A stretch of 63,922 nt of DNA, the filler included, from Vezdaea acicularis (taxonomy: Eukaryota), in the NCBI GenBank assembly GCA_026025075.1. It is 4 parts of 4 records of this genome, joined end to end, with 100 filler letters (N's around TTAATTAATTAA, not from the genome) between each part and the next. Parts side by side here need not be neighbours in the genome. Positions count along the whole stretch, not along the records: positions 49,161 to 63,922 come from JAPEUI010000226.1; 3 more parts are not named here. One strand, given 5' to 3'. Made by a program: the position numbers and the translations under genes. Position 1 is the first letter of the stretch; every line of letters begins with the position of its first letter. A model generated the notes under the pieces. The model was not told where the DNA came from, ran no database searches, and was given only the letters and a program-made list of their open reading frames with translations. This document shows positions 49,161 to 60,513 of the stretch, piece by piece.

Positions 49161-50810
49161 GACGTGGTTGTGCAACGCCCGGCTAAGACTTCGAAAACGT
49201 GACGCCGGCTACGACCAGGCAAGCTTTGACGAGGGGTCGGGAAAAATATCCCTTTCGAAGGCGTAGTCGGGACCCCGCCCGCACGGTGTAAGGAGACGGA
49301 GGCATCGACATGACTTGATGATGAACGACTCGAACGTCGATGGTATTCCGCGGCGTAATTGCAACAACGGGTCACTCTACCGTTGTGTGTATAGACCCGT
49401 TGATGTCTTCTTCTGGTTGCGAATGGGCATTGAGTGAAGCTGCGTCGCTTTGCTCACTACTACGTGAGACGCTTGAAGGCCACCTCTTTGGGCGCGGCAG
49501 ACTGGGTAGATGAGGAGGGAAGCCGCATAGCATTAACCGTGTGAAGCCGTCCGAGTCATGGGAATTTTGTTAAGATGGTGAGTCGAAGGGTTCTTCTGAC
49601 GGACGAGGGCACGATCTAGCAGTGGCCGTCAGGAGCAGCAGCAGCAAACAGTTGGTTCGCATCATTGGCGGGTATAGACGGTGCACATCCGAATTCCCAC
49701 GCTTGCACCACACGCCACACCAGCGGTTTGACTAAAGTATCACGATTCGTCGTGGGCGACAAGTCAGCACGCATGCATCCGCTGGAAGGGGTTGAGGCCA
49801 TCTCGTCCAGTCCGTAGCCGACGTAGATCCTGCGAGCCCGTCATGGTCGTCGCTCTTGCGGTTCGTGGCGCCGGTTTGCCCATTGACATGGCAGCCTTGA
49901 GAATACTCCTCCGTCCTGGGGATGACCCTGTAGCATCTCGAGAGTTGTCGCGCGCGGTCGACGATGACTGTCATTGCTGCCTCCTTGTGGGACGAGCTCC
50001 AGTGAGGCATGGCCCGAACGACGGATCTCACGAGGGGACCTCACGACGCGGATAGAGTCCAGTACTGTAGAGTTGTGATGTGATGAGAGGGCGTTGAGGC
50101 GGGTCGGAGGTATGTAGGGATGGGACAAGGCAGTATGATGCCCGTTCGCACCGTCCCATCGACGCTCCTCCAATATGAGAGAGCGAAGTTCGCTGAAGGC
50201 GCTCGACTTGCATCATGCTGGAGCCGACGGGAAAAGCGGTGAAGGCGGAGCCGACCAGTCAGAGGCCGCGCCCAGACCGCTGGCGGGGTGGTGGGCCAGT
50301 TTTGCCGAGCTCCGTTGTCCCACGAAAAAATCACAAAATCATCCTGCCCGCCCGTGCTGCTCTGATCTTCTCCTCCTTCCGACCTTGACCCAATTTCCCC
50401 CACCAGACAACGAAGTCGACCTGCCAATCCACAGAGATTTATCACCAAGCATATCATAATTACCTCCGTCGAAGAAATCATGCCGCAGGCAATCGCTGAG
50501 CTGTAAATCCCCCGCTGGAGGTGCGTCGAGTTCCCACGGCGCGCCTCCAGTCCGGCCAGCCAACGAGTATCTTTCAATCCAAACACTTTCTTCGACCCAA
50601 TCACCGACTCTTGATTACCATCGGGTAATCAAACTGCCTGCGCTTCATCGGTACAACCAACCGTCTTGCATCCAGACTCCGAACGTGAACGTTGCTCCTC
50701 GCACGACCAGCGTGCGTGCTCCTCTCTCCGAACATAACCCCGCTTCTCCATCCAAGAATTCGGTGGTCCACACTTTACTTCCGATCGCACGAAACAGAGA
50801 TCCATTCGAA

Positions 50811-53093
50811 ATGTCTCCACAGCATAATAAGCATGCCTCGTGGGCACGTTTCTGCGCTAGTCCTCGACGAACGCGATCCTCGATGACCTACAAACCCTCT
50901 TATACCCACAATTCTCAAAATTCAGCGATTGACGTTGAGACAAACTCGGACATTGAAGCTCAGGATGGAAATACGAACGACACGAAAGATGCGGAAGATG
51001 ATAGGAGCGATGCGGCCAGCCAGCCAGCTGTAGTAGCCCCGTCCCATGGTTCCAAGACACATGCAACTCGTGGTGCGACCGGTCGAGCTGAGATCCTTGT
51101 GCAATCCAGTCTAGACCATCCGCAACGCACGAAGCATAGTTCGGCGGTCAACCATGAGACGGGGCTCAACGAGGTGGACTCGAAGAGTTCTCTCCCAAAC
51201 TCCAAGAAACGATCCCTAAGCAAGATGCAAGAGAAAACTACCCCCACTGGTGGTGATGAGGACGAAGAAATCGCGGAAGAAGACAGTGAAATTCGAGGAA
51301 AGAGGGCTGTACGAAAGTTGAGCTTGGCTCAATCACCTAGAACCCCAAGTAAACGTGGACGACCGCGAGGGCGCCCTCAGCATCACGATCCATCACGGTC
51401 CGCTACAGTATCGGAGGACGACGATGACGAGATATATAATGGCGTAGATCTGATCAGTGATTCGGATGAAGATGAACCCAACCTTGAACAGGTGGAGGAG
51501 AAGCTTATAATCGATTCTGAAGAAGAAAGCGATGATCTCTTGGACGTCCAGAACACGTCCCTAGCACCTGCAAACGACTTATGCATTGACAATGTCCCTT
51601 TTTTCGACGAACAAATTGGCACATTGGATCCTGATCGTGCCAATGACATTGCGATCTTTAACGCTGCCACAGCTGTTGAAGCGGAAAGCTCCCAGACCTC
51701 CCCGAGTCGAAAATCTGGACTGCGTGTCAGATTCGACGACGAAGTCATCCAATCTGACTCTTCCAGCAATGATACCTCGGATGAGGACCTCAATATTTTC
51801 CCGGATCTTTTCCTTCAGCAGGAAAGTCTGAATGCGGACCTGCGTGGTCTCATTGAAAATGACCGCGAGATCGACAACTGGGTTCCAAGTAGCGATGGAG
51901 ACAGTTCTTACTGGGACTTGAGAGGCAGCGATGACATGGACTTCACACCCTATGGTGCGCCCGAGCCTAGCACATCTGGAGAATCTGACGGAAGTTCCAG
52001 CGGATACGAGAGTTGGTCCCTCACCCATACCATGCCATTTCTTTGCTGACCAGACTGTAATTTAGCGGATGAAGGTGAAACAACTGATGAGGACTTGCCT
52101 CCCCCACCCACTGTAACTCGCACTCGCTCAGTTCTTCGGAGACCGTCTACCTCCTCGCTGGATGGACATGGCCTCAACAGCATTACATCATTCCGTGACA
52201 ATATCAGGCGAGACCATACTCACCGTCGTGGACCATCAATGCACTCCTGGGTTGCAGATCCTGATAAGCCTTTTGTTGTCGTCGACAGAACTGGAAAGAG
52301 AATGATATTTCACCCTGCGCCTCGGCAAGCTGCAATGAGCAACAATAGCAGTTTCGCAAACACCAGTCCTCACATGCTTAATTCCCCCTTTCATGACGAC
52401 AGCGAGAATGACCTCAATCTTTACTCCAATCAGAGTACCCCATTGTTCACTAGTGCAACCAACCTTATCATGGGTGGTCTGCTTCAGGGGACGCCTGGTA
52501 GCGAATATCTTGACCGGGGCCAGGCCACTGGGCCTCCCGAGGCATTCTATCCTTTCACCAGTATCTCTCGGGATGGTTCGGTTGATGATGGCGGAGATGA
52601 AAGCGAAGATATGTGGGAGCTGAAAGACTTGATCGACTTTGGCGATGGGTCATCAAGTGATGAAGCAGAACCCGATAAGGAAAATAGCACCCCTACATCA
52701 CCTACAAGCCCCCTCCTAGGCTGCCCCACATCTTCCACCGAGCATAGTCCTGCACGACAGAGGAGCATCTCAGATGGAGAGGAAGTCGCTCAGAGGATGC
52801 TTGAACATTTTGATAATCGCGATATCACTGCATTTCGTAACAGGAAAGAATATCTCAAACTCGCCATTCCCCCTTCAACCCCCCGGAGGTATCCCACTAT
52901 TAGCGCGGCATCATTCAGCCAAAATTCCATCAAGGGTGGCCGACTTGCCGCTGCCAATCTACCAATTTCGCCGTTACGAAAGCACAAGTTCAATCGTACT
53001 CCACCAGCACAACCCACTCGTGGGGCCTTCACACATACAGGCACTAGAGTTAAGAGCATGAATCACTATCAGAGGAATCGTAATATGTTCTAA
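50811..53093 (+). CDS. Acidic, disordered nuclear protein, possibly Ifh1/Crf1-like; 1 intron
   Basis: Intron 52012-52065 joins the two long ORFs into SSGYETDEGETTDEDLPPP. Also YNGVDLISDSDEDEP, an AT-hook-like KRGRPRGRP and SPLRK. Start uncertain (50811 or 50883). Confidence 0.6.
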
Positions 53094-53717
53094 AGTTCAG
53101 AAAGATTCTATCACATACCACTAAAAGCTTCATCTATGACGAAACGATCTCATTAGTCGAGTGACCTCCTTGCCTGGAGTTTAGATTCAATGGAATCATG
53201 GCAGATTACCGCGATGAATCTGTGTAGAGTACAAGGTAACGAATTTGCTTTGTATCTTGCAACGTGGACCAAAAGATACCAGGGGCTTTCTTCAAAAAGT
53301 TTTTCATTTGATCGTGTGCTGGTGGTGGCATGCTTGATACCCTACTGGGATATATAAAAGTCGCTCAAGGTTGTGAGCATCCATTGGTGTGCATCGGTTC
53401 CTCGGTTCTGTTGAAAGCATTTTGCCTTTCCCTCAGACCTAGACTAGGGTTTAGATAGCTGTAGATAGCGTCTAGTTGACGTGTGACTGTCATGCTAGCT
53501 CAATCTCAAACAGGTATTATTCAAAACGATCATTTCCTGATGAATTACCTGTCGTACTGAACGACACAAGATCGAATGCGCGCTTCGCTTACGGCGGGAC
53601 GCGTCCTGTCGTGATACAAAAAATTTCCATAGCCCATGGTTCATTTCCATCTTCTACCTCCTTCGTCAATACACTGCCCCCCTCTACCCTAGCTTCGCAC
53701 CATGTCTTGAATATGCT

Positions 53718-55256
53718 ATGGACCGCGGCACTGCTGCTGTGGCTCCTAGTGAAGTCTCCAACAGCTCTGATGCTAAGGCAGAGCTTGCGAAGCAGCTTCC
53801 TTCGCTCGGGGATGGAGGGCTCCTATCACAATTGGCGTCGAACCCGTTCTTCACGGCGGTATGTACAAGCATTGAGGCAATAGTCCCCTTCATCTGACAG
53901 TTGCAGGGTTTCGGACTCGCTGGCATTGGCGCTGTCTACGCTATAGCCCAGAGGGGTGTTCGACGTGGTGCTTCACTCCTTATGAGAAGACTCTTGGTCG
54001 ATCTCGAGATTAGCCGTAATGATGAATCATATCGATGGTTCCTGCAGTGGATGTCGCATTATCAGCGGGCCCAGCTCTCAGAAAAGAAACTTCCCTCTGG
54101 CGGGATCATTTCATCGTTGGTACGACGCCTCACACCGGGCCTGCGTCACCTATCGATTCAGACTACAAGGACAAGCCATCCAAATGGCTCCATCAATACA
54201 CAATTCTCATTTGTCCCCGGCCCTGGCCGCCATATCCTACGATATAAGAACAGTTTTGTGGCTGTCAATCGCGAGCGTGAGACCAAGTCTAGGGACCTCC
54301 AGACAGGGGAGCCTTGGGAGACTGTCAGACTTACGACTCTTTACTCAAACCGCCACATCTTCGAAGAACTATTCACCGAGGCTCACAAGCTGGCAGAGCA
54401 ATTACAAGAAGGCAAGACGGTGATATTCACATCATGGGGGACAGAATGGACGCCATTTGGGAGCCCACGAAGAAAGCGCCCGTTGGATTCGGTCATTCTG
54501 GATAAGGGAGTGAAGGAGAGAATCGTTGAGGATGTTAAAGACTTTCTCGGAAGTGGGAAATGGTACTTTGATCGCGGTATACCTTATCGAAGAGGGTACC
54601 TGCTCCACGGCCCGCCAGGCAGCGGAAAGAGCTCTTTCATTCAAGGTCTCGCCGGCGAACTCGATTATAACATATCTCTACTCAATCTAAGCGAACGTGG
54701 GTTGACTGATGACCGGCTGAACCATCTTCTCACCAATATCCCTACCCGCACCATCGTTCTTCTCGAAGATGTGGATGCCGCCTTTGGTAACAGGAGGCAA
54801 ACCGACGAAGATGGTTACCGTGGGGCGAACGTGACCTTCTCGGGGCTGCTCAATGCTCTTGATGGCGTCGCAAGCGCTGAAGAGCGGCTTATATTCCTCA
54901 CCACGAACCATGTAGAGAGACTTGACGAAGCTCTCGTTCGGCCAGGAAGGGTTGACATGACAGTCAAATTGGGTGCAGCCAGTCCGTGGCAAGTGACGCA
55001 GCTCTGGGATCGCTTCTATGGGGATCTAGACGCAGATGGGGAGGGTAAGGCAAAATTCTTGAAGAAGCTTGAAGATCTGGACGTCATCAAGACGACCGAG
55101 GAAGGCATGGTGGCAGGGTCGTATCACATAAGCGCAGCAGCATTGCAGGGATTGTTTCTGTACAATAAGGGCAACATGGACGGTGCCGTCAGCATGGCCT
55201 CAGCATTGATCGGGCGCGATAACCCTATTCAAGGCTCGGACATAGATAGACCTTGA
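53718..55256 (+). CDS. BCS1: Mitochondrial AAA chaperone Bcs1; 1 intron
   Basis: LASNPFFTA|GFGLAG, PGPGRH, GEPWETVRL, RKRPLDSVIL, RGIPYRRGYLLHGPPGSGKSS (Walker A), LLEDVD (Walker B), VTFSGLLNALDGV and RPGRVD. Confidence 0.96.
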
Positions 55257-56166
55257 GTTCTGGGCAGGCTAGCGTCGATATTCACATCCTCCACTTTGCA
55301 TGGCCTTGAAGTTCTGTGAGCATCTTAGTAATTGAAGAACCTGATAGTGCAATTCTCGCAGAGCGTAAGCTTGATCCATACGCGCTTCACTAAGTACCGG
55401 CAACGCCACTCCGTTAATGCGGCTGTCACGATGTTCGTATGCGGTCTTAGCGTGAGCCTCGAGCGCTTGACAAGACGCCTCGAGCGGACCTGTGTGTCTC
55501 CCCAGAATGCTTGCTTAGCTCCATCTCGCAAAGGCGAGTACAACCGCTTGCAAGATGGTCTACTATCGGTTGTCCGAAGCGGATGTGAGGCCGGACGGGC
55601 GAGAGATTCTTCAAAGAAGCAGGTCTGACGAAGTCCGATGCGGACATCGGGTCGCAAAAGGTTTGGGGAAGGTCTTTCCCCGGAAGCGCCGCCATCTTAA
55701 CCGCCTGGCGCTTAGAGGCCGACTCGCCAATCGGAGGCGACACCAAGCTGCCAGGGCCCGACCAACCTGCAGCTCGTCCATGGGCCAAGGTGCCACACCA
55801 ACGTTGTGACTGGCTACTACCCTCATCCAGGTCAACACCACGACCGGGAAGAGGGCAGGTTGACGAGCCACGAGTCGCAGGTCGAGCGCTTCTCGTCCGC
55901 TTGCGAGCCAGGAAGAGGATGGCTAGTACATGCCGCGTGCATGGCTGCATATATTCTAGGAATGCCCCACCGCGGCGACCTCGTTGCGACCCATCTCCTT
56001 TGCCTGCGTATCTCTCTCTCTATCTTTTTTCCTCTCTCTATGTTGGTTCTTTCCGTTCCTTTGTACGTCTAGATTCCTAGCTTTCATTGCATAAGCGCTT
56101 CCGAAAGATCTCTATCATTGGCTGGCCCTTGGTTTCCTATCTTTTCCCTTGAAACAGCACTTAAGC

Positions 56167-57876
56167 ATGTCTTCAGGCGCACATCTGCAGCTTTTCCCTC
56201 CTCCACCTGGTGCCGCGAAGACGTCCAAGCCGAAACGAAAGCCTTCTCGACGAAGAGCAGACCTCGCTCCCTCCCCTTCAATGGACGCAGAGCATGAAGT
56301 ATCACCTATATCGGCGGTCAGCCCGAAACTTGCTGGACTCACGGAAGAAATCGTAATTCATATCTCTCCCTCCACGAAGAAGATGGTCAACCCGAAAGCG
56401 GCTCCCTCGAGATCTGCGACCCCATCTTCTAACAAGGCTCCGTCGCGCGCTGGAACTCCGTCCTCTGCCATCAGATCTCCTAAACGGTGGCAAGCGGCGT
56501 CACCTTCTAGCCTCACCTCCCCCATGTCGGACGAGATGAACAAACGACTCAGCAACCTGACTGCAGATGAGATTAAACCCATCCGGTCGATGTTTCCAAA
56601 ATACAACCCAGATCTCCCCCTCACACAGCAGCAATACCGACCGTCACAAACGTCGCCTACCCACATACCACGAGCGTTCCTTAGCAAGGGAGCGGCCTCG
56701 CCAGCACCGGCAGATATAACCCCACGCGATTCAAAGAAGGGCTTTGCTTCCGGCCCAGTAACTTCTCCCGAGCTTCCTTCATCTCAGACCCCGCAACCTC
56801 CCAAATATGCAACTCCCCAGGAGCTTGAGGCTCTGTGGGACGTCTCGAATGGTCAAGAGATAAGGCAGAGGGGCAGGGAATTCCCGCTAAGGCTAAAGCG
56901 GTATGCAAGACGAACCTCAGATTACAAGAACTTTGCTAACGGCTTGTGCAGAGAAGGTACGGTGGACTCAGCCACTGGGAAGTTTGAGCCGACTGTCAGC
57001 GAGTGTTTTACTTTCCAGTCATCCACAGGAAAGCCGTTTTACGACCTGCAGACTCTAAAAGAACAGCCGACGGATATTGTTCACTCTGAATGCGTCTTGA
57101 GACGGCATGATCCAACTAAGAACGCCGCAGTTCCAATCATGTTCCTCAAGCTCGAACCTCCTGTACGACAGCTGCCGCCACACGACGGTCTCATCGCTGA
57201 GATATTCCCCAAAGTCGCAGCCATGATGGCCATAGATGAAGCGAAAGCCTTCTCTGGCCGCGATGCCGAGGAGCATATGCGGTTAGCTACGGAGCGAGAA
57301 TGCTGCAGGTTGCTCTGGAACGAAGAGAAGGCAAAGTATCACCTGTACCACCCCGGTCTCAATGGCGGTCAAACCTTCATCATCCATAAAGAAGGCAACG
57401 CTGGCTTTGATCTACCAGGCGCGCGTGGGAAGTTCCGCCTCATCGACGTTCACACGGGAGATACGCTCGTGACTCTAGACTTTGCCACGCAGAGCTTAAT
57501 CGTCAACACCGCAGCGACATCCAAGATACCATCATTGTATATCGTTGATGTGGCCGTCACCGCTGTCCTCTTGACCGCGATCGTGGAGGGACGGAAAGTC
57601 CGATCGAATCAATTCGAGGCACCACCAATAGCCCCGTTGCAGGACCTGGAGTCGGGGAAAAAGATGGACAAGAAAAGCATGAAGAAGGCTGAGAAGAAGG
57701 CGCTCAAGCTAGAAAAGGAGGCCGAGAAGGAAAATCTACCGACGCCCACACGAGGTGTCCTGAGTGCGCTGTTTGGGACTTATCGATTAGTTGTATGGGG
57801 ACTGGGCTTGCTGGTGAAGGCATTAGCCGCATTCGTCGTCGCCTTGTCGTCGGCCGTCACTGGGAAGCACGAGTGA
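56167..57876 (+). CDS. Uncharacterised Pro/Ser-rich protein with C-terminal hydrophobic helix; probable in-frame intron 56901-56951
   Basis: Long ORF with LQLFPP and IRSMFPKYNPDLPL..QYRP..SPTHIP, a globular-looking middle, and a terminal hydrophobic stretch LVVWGLGLLVKALAAFVVAL. GTATGC...GCTAAC...CAG intron of 51 nt. Confidence 0.7.
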   Translation: MSSGAHLQLFPPPPGAAKTSKPKRKPSRRRADLAPSPSMDAEHEVSPISAVSPKLAGLTEEIVIHISPSTKKMVNPKAAPSRSATPSSNKAPSRAGTPSSAIRSPKRWQAASPSSLTSPMSDEMNKRLSNLTADEIKPIRSMFPKYNPDLPLTQQQYRPSQTSPTHIPRAFLSKGAASPAPADITPRDSKKGFASGPVTSPELPSSQTPQPPKYATPQELEALWDVSNGQEIRQRGREFPLRLKRYARRTSDYKNFANGLCREGTVDSATGKFEPTVSECFTFQSSTGKPFYDLQTLKEQPTDIVHSECVLRRHDPTKNAAVPIMFLKLEPPVRQLPPHDGLIAEIFPKVAAMMAIDEAKAFSGRDAEEHMRLATERECCRLLWNEEKAKYHLYHPGLNGGQTFIIHKEGNAGFDLPGARGKFRLIDVHTGDTLVTLDFATQSLIVNTAATSKIPSLYIVDVAVTAVLLTAIVEGRKVRSNQFEAPPIAPLQDLESGKKMDKKSMKKAEKKALKLEKEAEKENLPTPTRGVLSALFGTYRLVVWGLGLLVKALAAFVVALSSAVTGKHE

Positions 57877-58750
57877 GGATCTTGCACATTCGTCAGGCCA
57901 GGTGCCATATTATATATTCTTCATTATTTCATATTGTTGGTATTGGGTATCCGGGAGGTTGCATTACGGATTATAATTTTCCTTTGGAATCGTGGTGTCT
58001 ATATAGCATCGTTATACCACATAGCAATTGAAGCCGAATTATTTTCGCCTAACATTCGCTCTGAGATTTGACTTTTAGTTACAAGTGTGATAAACAAGCA
58101 GAAAGGTTGAAATTTGCCCAGTTCTTGATAGTTTCCACATGGTCTAAGGTCAAGATTAATATGCGGTTCGGGTTCAGGGTTGGGAGCTAGAACCGTCAAC
58201 GCCGACCTAGATTGGCCAATACGAGGTACACACGGCATACAATAGTAAATTTTTGAATCTACAGGTTGTGATAGTACATGTAGGCAAGATCGCTGAATTG
58301 ACTGTGATTTTAAGCCGTCCGGGGTCTAGATAATGCTCGACCCCAGCTCAGTCCTTCGAATCCCTCCTTTCCCCTTTCACCTTTCAAATTCCCTCTCAGC
58401 CTTGCCGCCAACCTAAGATTGGGACGAGACGGAGAAATATGCATATGCCTTAAATCAAGACCACTACTATCATCACGAAACATTATGGTTGTGCGAGAGC
58501 GATTCAAGTTGCATGTAGCATACTTCAACCACAACTCCACCCCTGTTCAGAGACTGGATGGACTTAACGCGCTTAAGAGTCGGCATGCGGATGAAAAATA
58601 ACTCCGGTGTGACGCCACAAACCGCAATCGCTTTTCTGCCGCGATCATGACGCGTGGAAGCTGCTACTTGTGAGAGTTACTTTAACAACTTATCCTGTCC
58701 TTACCCAACATCTTTTCCTTCTTGCCATTCACTGCTCCGACCTTTCTTTT

Positions 58751-60235
58751 ATGAGGCTATTGCGATCTGGTGCCAACGGAGTTCTCCAGAGCTTGCGGCA
58801 CAGAGCATCACAACCCAGCAATTGTCTTCGATCCTCTAGACGAACGATGAAGACCTCTTCGGAATATAGGCCAGTCGTGGAGCAGCTTTCTCAGCCGGGG
58901 AAAAGGCCGGAAGATGCTGGTGAGCTACGACATCATGTCAAGGATGGTGTGGGCTTCATCAACCCATGGGATAGCCACCACGAACTTGCACCGGTCACAA
59001 TAATGCGAACAATGGCTTGGTAAGTCCTGAACCATAGTTTGCACAATTTGAGTATGTTATGCTCACGAACGCTAGGAATAAACTAACAGGCAAAGCACCT
59101 CAAGTCGCCACGTCGCCAGCGGTCCCTGTACAAAAGCCTGAGCTTCTAGCTTCAAGAGAAACAAAAGAGCTAAGAACAACTTGGTTAGGGCATGCATGCC
59201 ACCTAGTAGACTTTCCTGGAGGCTTGAAGGTCCTGTTTGATCCCGTCTTCACTGAGAGATGCTCGCCCTTCACTTGGCTTGGACCAAAAAGAATCACGCC
59301 GATGCCATGTCAAATCGCTGATATTCCGATCATTGATGTAGTGGTCATAAGCCATAACCATTACGGTAAGAGAACCTAGACAAGGCTCGCACGCGGAAGC
59401 TCACTATCAAGATCACATGTCACACCCCACTATGATGAGCATTCTCCAGCATCATCCCAATGTACATTTCTTTGTACCATTGGGGAATAAGCAATGGTGT
59501 ATAGATTCGGGCATTAAGAACGTAACCGAGTTGGATTGGTGGGACGAGCGGAAAATCACGCTGGACGGACCTACACATATTGAAGCTACGATCGGCAGTC
59601 TGCCATGCCAGCATACGAGTGCCAGGACCGCGTTTGATAAGGCGCACACTCTATGGTCGAGCTGGAGTGTAGAAAGCGGCGGGAAGAAAGTCTGGTTTGG
59701 AGGGTGAATCAGTCTATGAGTGGGGCAGTTGCAAGGGTTGACTGACCTAAAGCGATATAGGGACACCGGATACCGAGCTGTGCCTCAGCTGCCGAAAGGG
59801 GTTGATGACTATGCCCAAGATTTTCCGCATTGTCCGGCTTTCAAGCAGATCGGTGATCTCAGAGGCCCTTTCGACCTTGGCTTGATTCCAATTGGGGCCT
59901 ACGATCCTCGATGGTAAGTCTTCATCGCTCGTTCCGGTCTAGCCTAATCTTTTCAGGCTCTTTTCACCTGTGCATGCAAATCCCTTTGACAGCGTCAACA
60001 TCTTTTTGGATACCAAATGCAAGAAAGCTCTAGGAATCCACTGGGGGACCGTGAGTAACACCTGCATCATATATCCAAAGCTGCCATTAAGCTAATGACG
60101 CTGTAGTGGGTATTGACTGAAGAGGACATAATGGAGCCACCCAAGAAGCTGAAGGAAGCGCTCAAGTGGAAGGGTATTGCGGAGAAAGGAATATTTGACG
60201 TTTGCGATATTGGAGAAAGCAGAGTCTTTGAATGA
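58751..60235 (+). CDS. NAPE-PLD / Fmp30-like metallo-beta-lactamase-fold protein; 5 introns
   Basis: [28 protein letters not shown] (HxHxDH), ELDWW, LPCQH.S.R, FGG|DTGY, IPIGAY.PR and GIHWGT. The Arg-rich N-terminus suggests a mitochondrial presequence. Confidence 0.9.
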
Positions 60236-60513
60236 TTTATGTTACTGCGGTTGAGTGGTCAAGGCGATTTAGAGCCTAGACGCATCCTTTTGTTCCAACA
60301 TTTTCCGAGAGGGAGGCAAGTGGCTATATTCTAGAACTTTGTAGTCGCTGCCTTGCATCCCCAAACTCCTTCCGTCGCCTTAAATGCTGAGTATCGGTTG
60401 CAACAAGCAAGCGCTTACCAATTGATCATCTAATCGTAAGCATCAAAACTAGAAAGAAAGTTCAACGAGTCGTAAATGCTATCAGCTTCTAACAATCACC
60501 AAAATCTCCCACC

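Noticed and set aside
55269..55490. Minus-strand open frame (...AYEHRDSRINGVALPVLSEARMDQAYALRELHYQVL...) after a possible CAG acceptor
   Set aside because: No convincing upstream exon or start and no recognisable homology; cannot be supported without RNA data.
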